Part shown: piece after piece, positions 33,765 to 41,028 of the stretch | Layout of the letters: each line of letters opens with the position of its first letter | Position numbering within the stretch: the stretch's first letter is position 1 | Source of the DNA: a virus | Length of the DNA stretch: 42,124 bases | Reading direction: 5' to 3' (one strand) | IMG/VR virus record: IMGVR_UViG_3300029181_000007 | The notes under the pieces: model-generated | Told to the model about the DNA's origin: nothing | The model's input: only the letters and a program-made list of their open reading frames with translations | Database searches by the model: none | Program-made: the position numbers and the translations under genes

Positions 33765-33806
33765 AAGCCCCGTCAGGTGTTCGCTGCACTTGACGGGGCT
33801 TTTTTA
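33765..33806. terminator. Bidirectional terminator
   Basis: aagccccgtcag / cttgacggggctt stem of 12 bp, with an A-run upstream and TTTTTT downstream. Confidence 0.65.
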
Positions 33807-33807
33807 T

Positions 33808-34020
33808 TTAGTAGATCTCAACGCCCAGTTTTTCGGCGGCGGCTTCAACGACTTCTTCAAACGAGGGGCCGCGATTCGGGTCGTTCCAGTCGTAATCGCC
33901 AGCGGATGCAGCTTCCCACTCTTCTTCCATGTCAGCTGCCTTGCACAGCTCGGTGCACAGCTCGCAATCCCAGACATCGGACTTGCGGATGTCAGCGGCG
34001 ATTTCAATAGCGTTTCTCAT
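33808..34020 (-). CDS. Small highly acidic protein
   Basis: GGAGGT SD. 70 aa rich in D/E/W (DMEEEWEAASAGDYDWNDP). Driven by the operator-bearing promoter at 34069-34097. Confidence 0.6.
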   Translation of the reverse strand: MRNAIEIAADIRKSDVWDCELCTELCKAADMEEEWEAASAGDYDWNDPNRGPSFEEVVEAAAEKLGVEIY

Positions 34021-34068
34021 AATTTTGTACCTCCATGTTGTTGTGTGTTGGTGTCTTTCACTGTCTTT

Positions 34069-34097
34069 ATTATACGCTCATTGAGCGCAAAAGTCAA
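34069..34097 (-). promoter_or_regulatory. Near-consensus promoter TTGACT-17-TATAAT (minus strand) with an operator in the spacer
   Basis: The reverse complement of 34061-34100 reads ggcTTGACTtttgcgctcaatgagcgTATAATaaagacag. Confidence 0.6.
34075..34087. promoter_or_regulatory. Operator-like 13-bp palindrome CGCTCA-T-TGAGCG
   Basis: Perfect 6+1+6 palindrome inside the promoter spacer. Confidence 0.55.
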
Positions 34098-34116
34098 GCC
34101 TATTTGTAAAATTTTG

Positions 34117-34129
34117 TGCTCAATGAGCA
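34117..34129. promoter_or_regulatory. Operator-like 13-bp palindrome TGCTCA-A-TGAGCA
   Basis: Second copy of the GCTCA-N-TGAGC motif, with its centre 42 bp from the first. Confidence 0.5.
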
Positions 34130-34235
34130 CTTTTTTTCTTTTGGCAGAATAGAGCATTTTTGTCCTTCGTTGGTCGCTCGTTGCCTCTCCCGCCGGGCGG
34201 CTCTGCTACACTGGGCGCAAAGGAGGGCGGTCCCG

Positions 34236-34613
34236 ATGTGGCGCAAATTTAACCCAAACCCTCACGGGAGCAGCGTCGGAGATTGCGCCGTGCGTGCTGT
34301 AGCGGCTGCCACAGGGCAGAGCTGGGAGCAGGTCTACATTGGATTGGCGCTGACCGGATTTGCCCTCGGCGATATGCCTAGCGCAAACCGCACATGGGGC
34401 GCGTACCTTCAAAAGCGCGGGTTTAAGCGCCGTTTGGTGGAGGCAGACTGCACCACCTGTTACACCGTGGCAGATTTTGCCCGGGAGTACCCGCACGGCG
34501 TGTATGTGCTTGGCTGCTCCGGGCACGTCCTGACTGTGATCGACGGCGAGTGGTGGGACAGCTGGGACAGTGGCGCAGAATGCCCGATTTACTACTGGTA
34601 TAAGGAGGAGTAA
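34236..34613 (+). CDS. Hypothetical protein with papain-like Cys/His pattern (GDC...GH)
   Basis: AAAGGAGGG SD. NPNPHGSSVGDCAVRAVAAATG...CSGHVLTVIDGEWWDSWDSG. The peptidase call is inference only. Confidence 0.55.
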   Translation: MWRKFNPNPHGSSVGDCAVRAVAAATGQSWEQVYIGLALTGFALGDMPSANRTWGAYLQKRGFKRRLVEADCTTCYTVADFAREYPHGVYVLGCSGHVLTVIDGEWWDSWDSGAECPIYYWYKEE

Positions 34614-34616
34614 ACG

Positions 34617-35066
34617 ATGCCTTACAATCCGTATGCGTATCAGATGCCGACATACTACGGCCAGCCAATGCCGGACAACCTCACTCAACTCAGGCAGGGA
34701 GTGGGCTATCAGTCTCCCATGATGCAGCAGCCGACAGCCCAGACAGCACAGGCTACGCCCTCCATCATCTGGGTGCAGGGCGAGGAGGGCGCAAAAGCAT
34801 ACATGGTTGCCGCAGGAAACAGCGTGCTCCTGATGGACAGCGAAAACAGCGCGTTTTACATCAAAAGCACCGATGCAAGCGGTATGCCGCTTCCCCTCCG
34901 GGTGTTTGACTACAAGGAGCGCACCACAGCCGCAAAAACGCCGCCACAAACGGCGCAGCAGTCTGGCGTGGAGTTTGTCACCCGGGCAGAGTTTAACGCG
35001 CTGGCAGCCCGCTGTGCGGCGCTGGAAAAGCAAGAGCCCACAAAGCCTGAAACGGAGGCCAAGTAA
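34617..35066 (+). CDS. Pro/Tyr/Gln-rich N-terminus protein with a compact beta-rich core
   Basis: AAGGAGGAG SD. MPYNPYAYQMPTYYGQPMP...IIWVQGEEGAKAYMVAAGNSVLLMDSENSAFYIKS. Confidence 0.55.
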   Translation: MPYNPYAYQMPTYYGQPMPDNLTQLRQGVGYQSPMMQQPTAQTAQATPSIIWVQGEEGAKAYMVAAGNSVLLMDSENSAFYIKSTDASGMPLPLRVFDYKERTTAAKTPPQTAQQSGVEFVTRAEFNALAARCAALEKQEPTKPETEAK

Positions 35067-35068
35067 TT

Positions 35069-35293
35069 ATGTCAAACCCTCTTTTTAACGTTCTGAGCGG
35101 CGGTATGCCCGCCATGTCCGGCCCTATGGGTCAGTTTGGTCAGCTGATGCAGCAGTTCCAGCGGTTCCGTGCAAACTTTCAAGGCGACCCAAAAGCAGAA
35201 GTGCAAAAGCTGCTGCAATCCGGCAAAATGTCACAAAACCAGCTGAACCAATTACAGGCGATGGCGAAACAGTTTCAGCAGTTTCTTCATTAA
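35069..35293 (+). CDS. Small Gln-rich protein
   Basis: 74 aa, with Q-rich repeats (QLMQQFQRF, QNQLNQLQAMAKQFQQF). Confidence 0.5.
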   Translation: MSNPLFNVLSGGMPAMSGPMGQFGQLMQQFQRFRANFQGDPKAEVQKLLQSGKMSQNQLNQLQAMAKQFQQFLH

Positions 35294-35356
35294 GTCGTAA
35301 CCGTGGCCACGGTTCAAGCATAAAAATCATTCAAAACACACGAAAGGAGTACAAAA

Positions 35357-36133
35357 ATGTCTCTTTCTTCCGATTCTGCGGTTCTGACCATGCCTGTTCA
35401 GCCCGCAAACACCAATGGCGGCAACGGCTTTGGCTTTGGCAATGATGGCGCATGGTGGATCATCATCCTGTTCCTGTTCGCCTTCTGCGGCGGCTGGGGA
35501 GGCAACTGGGGAGGCAATGGCAACACCGGTGCCGGTGTCGTTGACGGCTACGTCCTGACCTCCGATTTTGCCAACATCGAGCGCAAGATGGATGGTATCA
35601 ACAACGGCATGTGTGATGGCTTCTACCAGCAGGCGCAGCTTGTCAACGGCGTGCAGCAGACCGTGAACAACGGCTTTATGTCCGCAGAGATCAGCCGCGC
35701 AAACCAGCAGGCGGCGTTCATGCAGCAGCTGTTTGCCATGCAGATGCAGCAGCAGGAGTGCTGCTGCGAGAACCGCTCTGCCATTCAGGGCGTCAACTAC
35801 AATTTGGCCACCCAGTCCTGCGAGACCCGGAACACGGTGCAGAACACCACCCGGGACATCATCGACAACCAGAACCAGAACGCCCGCGCCATCCTTGACG
35901 CCCTGACCGCACAGCGCATCGAGGCAAAGGACGCAAAGATCGCTGAGCAGGGTCAGCAGCTGTTCGCAGCACAGCTTGCAGCTTCCCAGGCGGCGCAGAA
36001 TGAGACTCTCAAGGCATACATGAGCGGTCAGCTGGCCTACTACAACCCGCGTCCCGTTCCTGCCTTCCCGGTTCCTGCGCCGTACCAGTACGGTAACTGT
36101 GGCACCGGATGCGGCTGTAACGGCTGCGCATAA
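35357..36133 (+). CDS. Gly-rich membrane protein with a Q/N-rich body and Cys-rich C-terminus
   Basis: AAAGGAG SD. GGNGFGFGNDGAWWIIILFLFAFCGGWGGNWGGNGN is YjcZ-like. It also has QECCCEN and ends GNCGTGCGCNGCA. Confidence 0.6.
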   Translation: MSLSSDSAVLTMPVQPANTNGGNGFGFGNDGAWWIIILFLFAFCGGWGGNWGGNGNTGAGVVDGYVLTSDFANIERKMDGINNGMCDGFYQQAQLVNGVQQTVNNGFMSAEISRANQQAAFMQQLFAMQMQQQECCCENRSAIQGVNYNLATQSCETRNTVQNTTRDIIDNQNQNARAILDALTAQRIEAKDAKIAEQGQQLFAAQLAASQAAQNETLKAYMSGQLAYYNPRPVPAFPVPAPYQYGNCGTGCGCNGCA

Positions 36134-36204
36134 CCGAATCACGGCAACTGACTGCAAATTGTATGTAGTCTGTTCAGCCCCTGAGCTGATTTTGCAAACC
36201 AGAG

Positions 36205-36231
36205 CGCCGGGGCAGCAGTCCCGGCGTTTTT
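36205..36231 (+). terminator. Rho-independent terminator
   Basis: cgccggg-gcagcagt-cccggcg followed by TTTTT. Confidence 0.65.
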
Positions 36232-36252
36232 ATTATGAAAGGAGCCGATAAA

Positions 36253-36675
36253 ATGGCTGAATTTAGCAACTCTAACACCGTCAGCGTGGCGGCAGGTGAA
36301 AACCTTCCCCTGACCGAGACCGCGGTGAAAGCCCCTGCCTGCATCATGCACCGTGAGGGCAGCGGCCTCGTGACCCTGCGCGGTCTGACCAATCAGTGCA
36401 GGGCCCGCTTCAAGGTAATCTTTGGCGGCAATGTCGCCATTCCCACCGGCGGCACTGTGGGGCCCGTTTCCGTGGCGCTGGCTGTCGGCGGTGAGTCGCT
36501 GACCAGTGCGACTGCCATTGTCACCCCGGCGGCAGTCGAAAATTACTTCAACGTTTTCGTGGCCGCGTTCATCGAGGTGCCGCGCGGCTGCTGCGTGACC
36601 GTGGCGGTTAAAAATACCAGTACGCAGGCAGTCAGCATTGCAAACAGCAACCTGATCGTTGAGCGGGTAGCATAA
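36253..36675 (+). CDS. Beta-rich protein resembling BclA C-terminal / C1q-TNF-like jelly-roll domains
   Basis: GAAAGGAG lies 8 nt before the ATG. Alternating beta pattern NTVSVAAGENLPL...SGLVTLRG...RFKVIFGGNVAI...VALAVGGESL...VTVAVKNTS...SNLIVERV. The fold call comes from pattern recall only. Confidence 0.55.
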   Translation: MAEFSNSNTVSVAAGENLPLTETAVKAPACIMHREGSGLVTLRGLTNQCRARFKVIFGGNVAIPTGGTVGPVSVALAVGGESLTSATAIVTPAAVENYFNVFVAAFIEVPRGCCVTVAVKNTSTQAVSIANSNLIVERVA

Positions 36676-36691
36676 GAAAGGAGATAAAGTC

Positions 36692-37093
36692 ATGCTGGAT
36701 AAACTGAATCATCTGAAGGATGAGATGTGCGACGAGCTCATGGAACTGACCAACAAAAAGAACCGTTCCCCGGGTGATGTTGAGATGATCGGCGAGATTG
36801 TGGATATCATTTTGGACATCCACCGCATCGAGGATTACTGTGAGGGCGGCGAGTACAGTCGTGCGGGCGAGTGGGCTGCTGACATGCGCGGGACTTTCGG
36901 CCACGATGCCGGAAACGGTTACAACCGGGGCAGCAGCTATGCCAACCGAGGCCGTCACTATGTTCGTGGGCATTACTCCCGCACGGATGGCCGTGAGCGC
37001 ATGATCTCTGACATCGAGGACATGATGCAGGAGGCCACCGGCGCAGAGCGCGATGCATACAAGCGGGCCGCTGACATCTTGCGCAACGCATAA
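36692..37093 (+). CDS. Hypothetical protein (helical ends, Gly/Arg/Tyr-rich centre)
   Basis: AAAGGAGA SD. The centre reads GNGYNRGSSYANRGRHYVRGHYSRTDGRE. Confidence 0.5.
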   Translation: MLDKLNHLKDEMCDELMELTNKKNRSPGDVEMIGEIVDIILDIHRIEDYCEGGEYSRAGEWAADMRGTFGHDAGNGYNRGSSYANRGRHYVRGHYSRTDGRERMISDIEDMMQEATGAERDAYKRAADILRNA

Positions 37094-37110
37094 GAAAGGG
37101 GGCGGCAGGC

Positions 37111-37440
37111 ATGGACATTGACGAGATCAACACCCACATTCACAAGCTGAAATGTGGTTCAACGGACTGGCAGAGCGTGGAAAAGCTTGCCGCCCTCTGC
37201 ACTGTGCGGGACGAGCTGGAAGAAAAGCAGGCACGTGAAACGCAGACCCAGGCATTGCCGCCCACGGATTACCGGGCGGCGTACTCCACGGCAACGGAAC
37301 CGCAAAGCGACTTTGTGACGGCTGCCAGCTCTGTTCCTTTCGGCGGTCTGATGCAGGTGCTTGACGAGCACATGAAGGCAATAAAGCTGGTGTACCCGAA
37401 AGAGTATGAGCTAGTGATGCGGAAGATAAGCGACTTGTAA
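37111..37440 (+). CDS. Hypothetical protein
   Basis: AAAGGGGG SD. 109 aa. Last gene before attP. Confidence 0.5.
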   Translation: MDIDEINTHIHKLKCGSTDWQSVEKLAALCTVRDELEEKQARETQTQALPPTDYRAAYSTATEPQSDFVTAASSVPFGGLMQVLDEHMKAIKLVYPKEYELVMRKISDL

Positions 37441-37497
37441 AAAGACATAGAATGTGCTATTTTTACATAAGATTCAGCGTTTTGGCACGGGATGCAT

Positions 37498-37506
37498 AAT
37501 CTAACA
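37498..37506 (+). repeat. Arm-type repeat AATCTAACA (copy 1, left of the core)
   Basis: Exact 9-mer (11-mer ATAATCTAACA shared with copy 2). Confidence 0.6.
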
Positions 37507-37554
37507 GGAAGCTGACAAATTGATAATTATTCACGTTGAAACGCTAAATAAATT

Positions 37555-37602
37555 TGATTTGTAATCAGTGGGTTGCAGGTTCAACTCCTGTCACCAGCTC
37601 CA
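37555..37602 (+). other. attP core candidate: 3' two-thirds of a tRNA-Thr(UGU) gene (anticodon loop to CCA)
   Basis: tga-TTTGTAA-tcagt-gggtt-gcagg-ttcaact-cctgt-caccagc-t-cca. No matching 5' acceptor or D arm lies upstream. It is 110 bp from the integrase stop. Confidence 0.65.
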
Positions 37603-37607
37603 AAAAT

Positions 37608-37653
37608 AAGCGTACAGGCGATAAAAACAAGTCGCCTATACGCTTTTCTTTTT
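37608..37653. terminator. Bidirectional terminator
   Basis: aagcgtacaggcga / tcgcctatacgctt stem of 14 bp (one mismatch). T-runs are present on both strands. It lies between the tRNA fragment and the int 3' end. Confidence 0.6.
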
Positions 37654-37689
37654 GTTGAAACCGTGCAAAAACACCTGAAAACGTGTGAT

Positions 37690-37710
37690 AATCTAACAAA
37701 CAATCTAACA
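37690..37710 (+). repeat. Arm-type repeats AATCTAACA x2 (right of the core)
   Basis: Copies at 37690-37698 and 37702-37710, just downstream of the integrase stop codon. Confidence 0.6.
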
Positions 37711-37712
37711 AG

Positions 37713-38846
37713 TCAGTACTTCATCTTCTGCATTTCCCGCAACAAATATGTCGGGTCGTTGTGTGACACGTACTTGTTTGCCGTTGTGGAGAAATTCTTG
37801 TGACCGAGGATTGCCTGCACAGCGGTTTTTTCCAGACCGCACTCCACCATTTTACTGCTGGCCGTATGACGCAGAGTATGCGGGTGCACCCCCTCTATAT
37901 GGCATTCCTGCATCAGGGCACGGAATTTTGTAGCCACATTGCGTTTGTCCAGCTTTGTGCCGGCCTTGGATGGTATCAGCCATTCGCACCCGCTGTTCAG
38001 CATCCAAAAAGCTACCGTCTTGTAAATCGGTTCAAGAATCGGGATAATGCGGTTTTTGCCCGCCTCGGTCTTTTCGCCGCCCTGCATATAGTGCTCCTTC
38101 AGATGAACGTCCTCACAGCGCATAGAGAGCAGTTCATCAATGCGCATACCGGTGTACAGCAAAACCATGGCGATTTGAGCCGTCTGCCCGAATTTTGGGT
38201 CATTCTGGTAGATGCTGATCTGCTCTATCTCGGCTGCAGTCAGAGTGCGCTCCGCTTTTCCTGTAGCCGCCGGGAGCTGCAGCAGCATGGCGTAATTTTT
38301 GTTTATGATGTCCTGCGCCATTGCCCACTCGCAGATCTGGCTGAAAAGCGTGCGCTGCTTTTCGCAGGAGCTGCGGGAGAGCCCTTTTTCCACCATTGCG
38401 TCAATGACCTGTTGATAATCTGCCGCTTTTAAGTCCCGCAATTGTCGGTCGTATAGCGGCGCAGCCTTTGCATAGGCCAGCTCGTACCCCTTTTGCATGT
38501 CCGTGCTAAGCTTGTCAAATTTGGGCTGCGCTTTCCATTGGACATAGGCATCCGCAAAGGTGCATTTCAGACGCGCTGCGGGGGTGTTCTGGGCGTTGTA
38601 AGCGTCCAGCGCTTGTACTGCTTCGCCTGCCGTTTCAAACGTGCCCAGAACATCTCTGCGGGCTGTGAGTGCAACATACGGTCTTGCCCGCGTCCCACTC
38701 AGTTTATACACGCTGCCGCTGCCCTTTGGACGGCGGCGCTTTTTTCTTTGCTGCGGGGCGGCTTCCGGCTGTTTCTTCCCGCACCACGGACAAAAAGAAG
38801 CGCCATCCGGGATCTCCTTCCGGCAACATGGTCTTATGCACTTCAT
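37713..38846 (-). CDS. int: Tyrosine site-specific integrase with N-terminal zinc ribbon
   Basis: CCRKEIPDGASFCPWCGK. Catalytic-region motifs TGMRIDELLSM (R), HTLRHT (H-x-x-R), AILGH and ANKYV (Y). Confidence 0.9.
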   Translation of the reverse strand: MKCIRPCCRKEIPDGASFCPWCGKKQPEAAPQQRKKRRRPKGSGSVYKLSGTRARPYVALTARRDVLGTFETAGEAVQALDAYNAQNTPAARLKCTFADAYVQWKAQPKFDKLSTDMQKGYELAYAKAAPLYDRQLRDLKAADYQQVIDAMVEKGLSRSSCEKQRTLFSQICEWAMAQDIINKNYAMLLQLPAATGKAERTLTAAEIEQISIYQNDPKFGQTAQIAMVLLYTGMRIDELLSMRCEDVHLKEHYMQGGEKTEAGKNRIIPILEPIYKTVAFWMLNSGCEWLIPSKAGTKLDKRNVATKFRALMQECHIEGVHPHTLRHTASSKMVECGLEKTAVQAILGHKNFSTTANKYVSHNDPTYLLREMQKMKY

Positions 38847-38849
38847 AGC

Positions 38850-39437
38850 TTACTCCTTTTTTCGCCCGATGTAACCCTGCGCGCCTTTTTCCGAAGCTTC
38901 ACGCCCGGCCTTGTAATTTACCTTCAAATCGTCTATTGGCGGCTGTGGGTCGTCCGGGCAGGGGTCTAATCCCATGTTCTGGGCAAAGTTGTATTGGTTG
39001 ATGATGATTCCGCACACGCTGACCCGGTTGTTGAGTGGGCAGTGCAGGTTGGCGGCTACCTCGGAAATCACAGCGGACGGGCTGCTGCCATGGTTGCCCT
39101 TCAGCACGAAAAGAAGCAGTCGTTTCGTCAGCGGTGGCAAGTTTACCACAAAGCGGCACAGCTTTGCGTCCAGCTCTGTGTCGGTCTTTCCGTCATCGGG
39201 TGTCGCGTACAGCTCCGGGTGGATCATCTCCATAAACACGGCGATGGGGGATGCCCCGCAGGCCGTACACCAATCCATGATCTCGTCGCTGTCCGGGCTG
39301 GTGCAGCCTTTTTCCCAGCTCTGCACCGTCCGCTCACCCTTTTCGATGCGTCTTGCGATCTCCACTTGGCTCAGGCCGGCAGATACCCGGGCCTTTGCAA
39401 GCGCTTTCCCGATCTGGGTTGCCGTAAAATAACTCAT
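38850..39437 (-). CDS. XRE-family HTH regulator (CI-like repressor candidate) upstream of int
   Basis: Internal ATG after GGGGGTGA. HTH AGLSQVEIARRIEKGERTVQSWEKG. 3-nt gap to the int start. Confidence 0.7.
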   Translation of the reverse strand: MSYFTATQIGKALAKARVSAGLSQVEIARRIEKGERTVQSWEKGCTSPDSDEIMDWCTACGASPIAVFMEMIHPELYATPDDGKTDTELDAKLCRFVVNLPPLTKRLLLFVLKGNHGSSPSAVISEVAANLHCPLNNRVSVCGIIINQYNFAQNMGLDPCPDDPQPPIDDLKVNYKAGREASEKGAQGYIGRKKE

Positions 39438-39475
39438 ACTTTCACCCCCGTAAAACCAACGTGTTTTTAACAGAA

Positions 39476-39502
39476 AATGGCGCAGATTTTTTCTGCGCCA
39501 TT
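39476..39502. promoter_or_regulatory. Perfect 11-bp inverted repeat aatggcgcaga-ttttt-tctgcgccatt
   Basis: Read directly. It lies between the repressor-like gene and the divergent promoter, so it could be an operator or a minus-strand terminator. Confidence 0.5.
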
Positions 39503-39510
39503 CGACAAAA

Positions 39511-39539
39511 AATATCCGTATTTTGTTTTCCAACGGCGC
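39511..39539 (+). promoter_or_regulatory. Putative promoter with extended -10 TGgTAGAAT
   Basis: TAGAAT at 39534-39539 with TG at 39531-39532. A weak -35-like TTGTTT lies upstream. Confidence 0.35.
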
Positions 39540-39595
39540 ATGGTAGAATTTGGAACATAAGACATAAATATGCACAAAAGAAAGGGGAAAACAAA

Positions 39596-39706
39596 ATGGA
39601 TTTTGAGCAAAGAAACGGTAAAGAAACCGAAACGACCATCATCGACGGAATGCCCGCCAGCATCCTGACCGGCACCGAACGCACCCCTGCACCCTGGGAG
39701 GAATAA
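39596..39706 (+). CDS. Very small protein (36 aa)
   Basis: AAAGGGGAAAAC SD. MDFEQRNGKETETTIIDGMPASILTGTERTPAPWEE. Confidence 0.35.
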   Translation: MDFEQRNGKETETTIIDGMPASILTGTERTPAPWEE

Positions 39707-39709
39707 GTT

Positions 39710-39922
39710 ATGAAAAAGCTGTCACACTTTCGCACCCATGCCCGTGCCCTGCTGGCCTGCTATTTGGATATGACCCCGGAGCAGCAGCGCCTTGCTCGCG
39801 CTTACATTCAAGATAAGGCCCTGCCGGAGGTGCAAGCCCTGCGTAATGCAGCCGGTACGCCCGGCGGGGCGCTGGCCGCTGACTTGCTGCAAAATTTGCA
39901 GCAGCCTTGCAACCGCGAATAG
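39710..39922 (+). CDS. Hypothetical protein
   Basis: GGGAGGA SD. 70 aa. Confidence 0.5.
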   Translation: MKKLSHFRTHARALLACYLDMTPEQQRLARAYIQDKALPEVQALRNAAGTPGGALAADLLQNLQQPCNRE

Positions 39923-40068
39923 CAACGTGCATATTTTGCACATTGCTCGTGCATGTCGCGCGTATCTTGCAAATGCTCATTTTTCTGTGGATTTTTCCAC
40001 CGAAAACAGTGCTCGAATGGGGATTGATGTCAACAACCAGCTGTTTTATAATATGGTTGTGAACAGGT

Positions 40069-40785
40069 TTACAGGCCAAGCAACTGAGATTTCTTTGCGT
40101 TGTACTCCGCTTCCGTGATGGCCCCCATATCCAGTAGCTGCTTAAACTTCAAAAGTTCATCGGCGGAGCTGGGGGCAGCCGGAGCGGTGCCCCACGGCTG
40201 TTCTGGAGAGCCTTTGCAACTCTTGAGAAACGCAGTCATTCCGCCTGGATAAACCGTTGTCGGCAAGTTGCTTTCACCTAGTGGAAGCGCAAAGTGGATA
40301 GACACGTTCTCTTTACTGCGACCCTTGCGGGTCTCTGTTTTAGCGGTGGTAGCGCCCACGATCGCACCCACAGGCCCGGCAACGGCTGCACCAATCACGG
40401 CACGGCCAATACCACCCTTTGTCTCTGTCACCGTCAGATCGTCAGGCGCGTCAGATTCATAACCGGCGACTTCATCAAAGCTGTAGATCAGGCGAGGGCC
40501 TTTATCACCACTGCGGTGTCCAATGCAAAACAGCCGGTTTGGTTTGTCAATCGACACAAAGAGTGCGTCACCATCATAGATGGAATCGGTTTCTTTGAAC
40601 ACCTTCCGACGCTGTTCCAGTGTAGCCCAGTAGTCCGCAAGGGCAACTGTCGGTTGCTTTGCTGCCCGGATGCCCAATTTTGAAAAGAAAAAGTTGCTAC
40701 AGCTGGCGCAAATCAAGCCGTCCGCGCTTTTCTCACGGTTCAGAAGGCCCAGCTTGCCGCCGCAGACAGGACAGATATTTGCCAT
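40069..40785 (-). CDS. Zinc-ribbon / glycine-zipper / SHOCT-domain protein
   Basis: GAGGTG SD before MANICPVCGGK...CASC. GGIGRAVIGAAVAGPVGAIVGA. C-terminal SADELLKFKQLLDMGAITEAEYNAKKSQLL is the SHOCT pattern. Confidence 0.7.
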   Translation of the reverse strand: MANICPVCGGKLGLLNREKSADGLICASCSNFFFSKLGIRAAKQPTVALADYWATLEQRRKVFKETDSIYDGDALFVSIDKPNRLFCIGHRSGDKGPRLIYSFDEVAGYESDAPDDLTVTETKGGIGRAVIGAAVAGPVGAIVGATTAKTETRKGRSKENVSIHFALPLGESNLPTTVYPGGMTAFLKSCKGSPEQPWGTAPAAPSSADELLKFKQLLDMGAITEAEYNAKKSQLLGL

Positions 40786-40875
40786 AATAAGCACCTCACA
40801 CATACAAAAATAGGCAGCCGACCAGCTGCCGAAAAAGCTAAGTTATCAATGAAAATGCCAAAGGGGGAAAATAAA

Positions 40876-41028
40876 GTGCAAGAAACTAGCACAAAGTTTG
40901 CAAAATGTGATACAATGGAAGAAAAAGAGTCGCACGACAAGCTTGTGCATCTTGCCATCAGTGAGATTCTTTCGTTATCCGAAAACCAGCTTCAAGAAGT
41001 CATTCGGAGGTTTTATGCTGTATTGTAG
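40876..41028 (+). CDS. Possible small protein (50 aa, GTG start)
   Basis: AAGGGGGA lies 7 nt before the GTG. It is below the ORF-track cutoff and overlaps the next start by 14 nt. Confidence 0.3.
   Translation: MQETSTKFAKCDTMEEKESHDKLVHLAISEILSLSENQLQEVIRRFYAVL

Noticed and set aside
34101-34160. A rightward promoter for the accessory operon (candidates TTGTAA or TTGTGC as -35, and TGgCAGAAT as an extended -10).
   Set aside because: No -35/-10 pair has acceptable spacing. Only a weak extended -10-like element is present, so it was not annotated as a feature.
39926-39950. The imperfect inverted repeat gcaacgtgca-tattt-tgcacattgc and the related ttttgcaca(a)tg motif at 10745-10756, considered as shared regulator sites.
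   Set aside because: There are only two loosely similar copies with a mismatch, and no positional logic could be established without a motif search.
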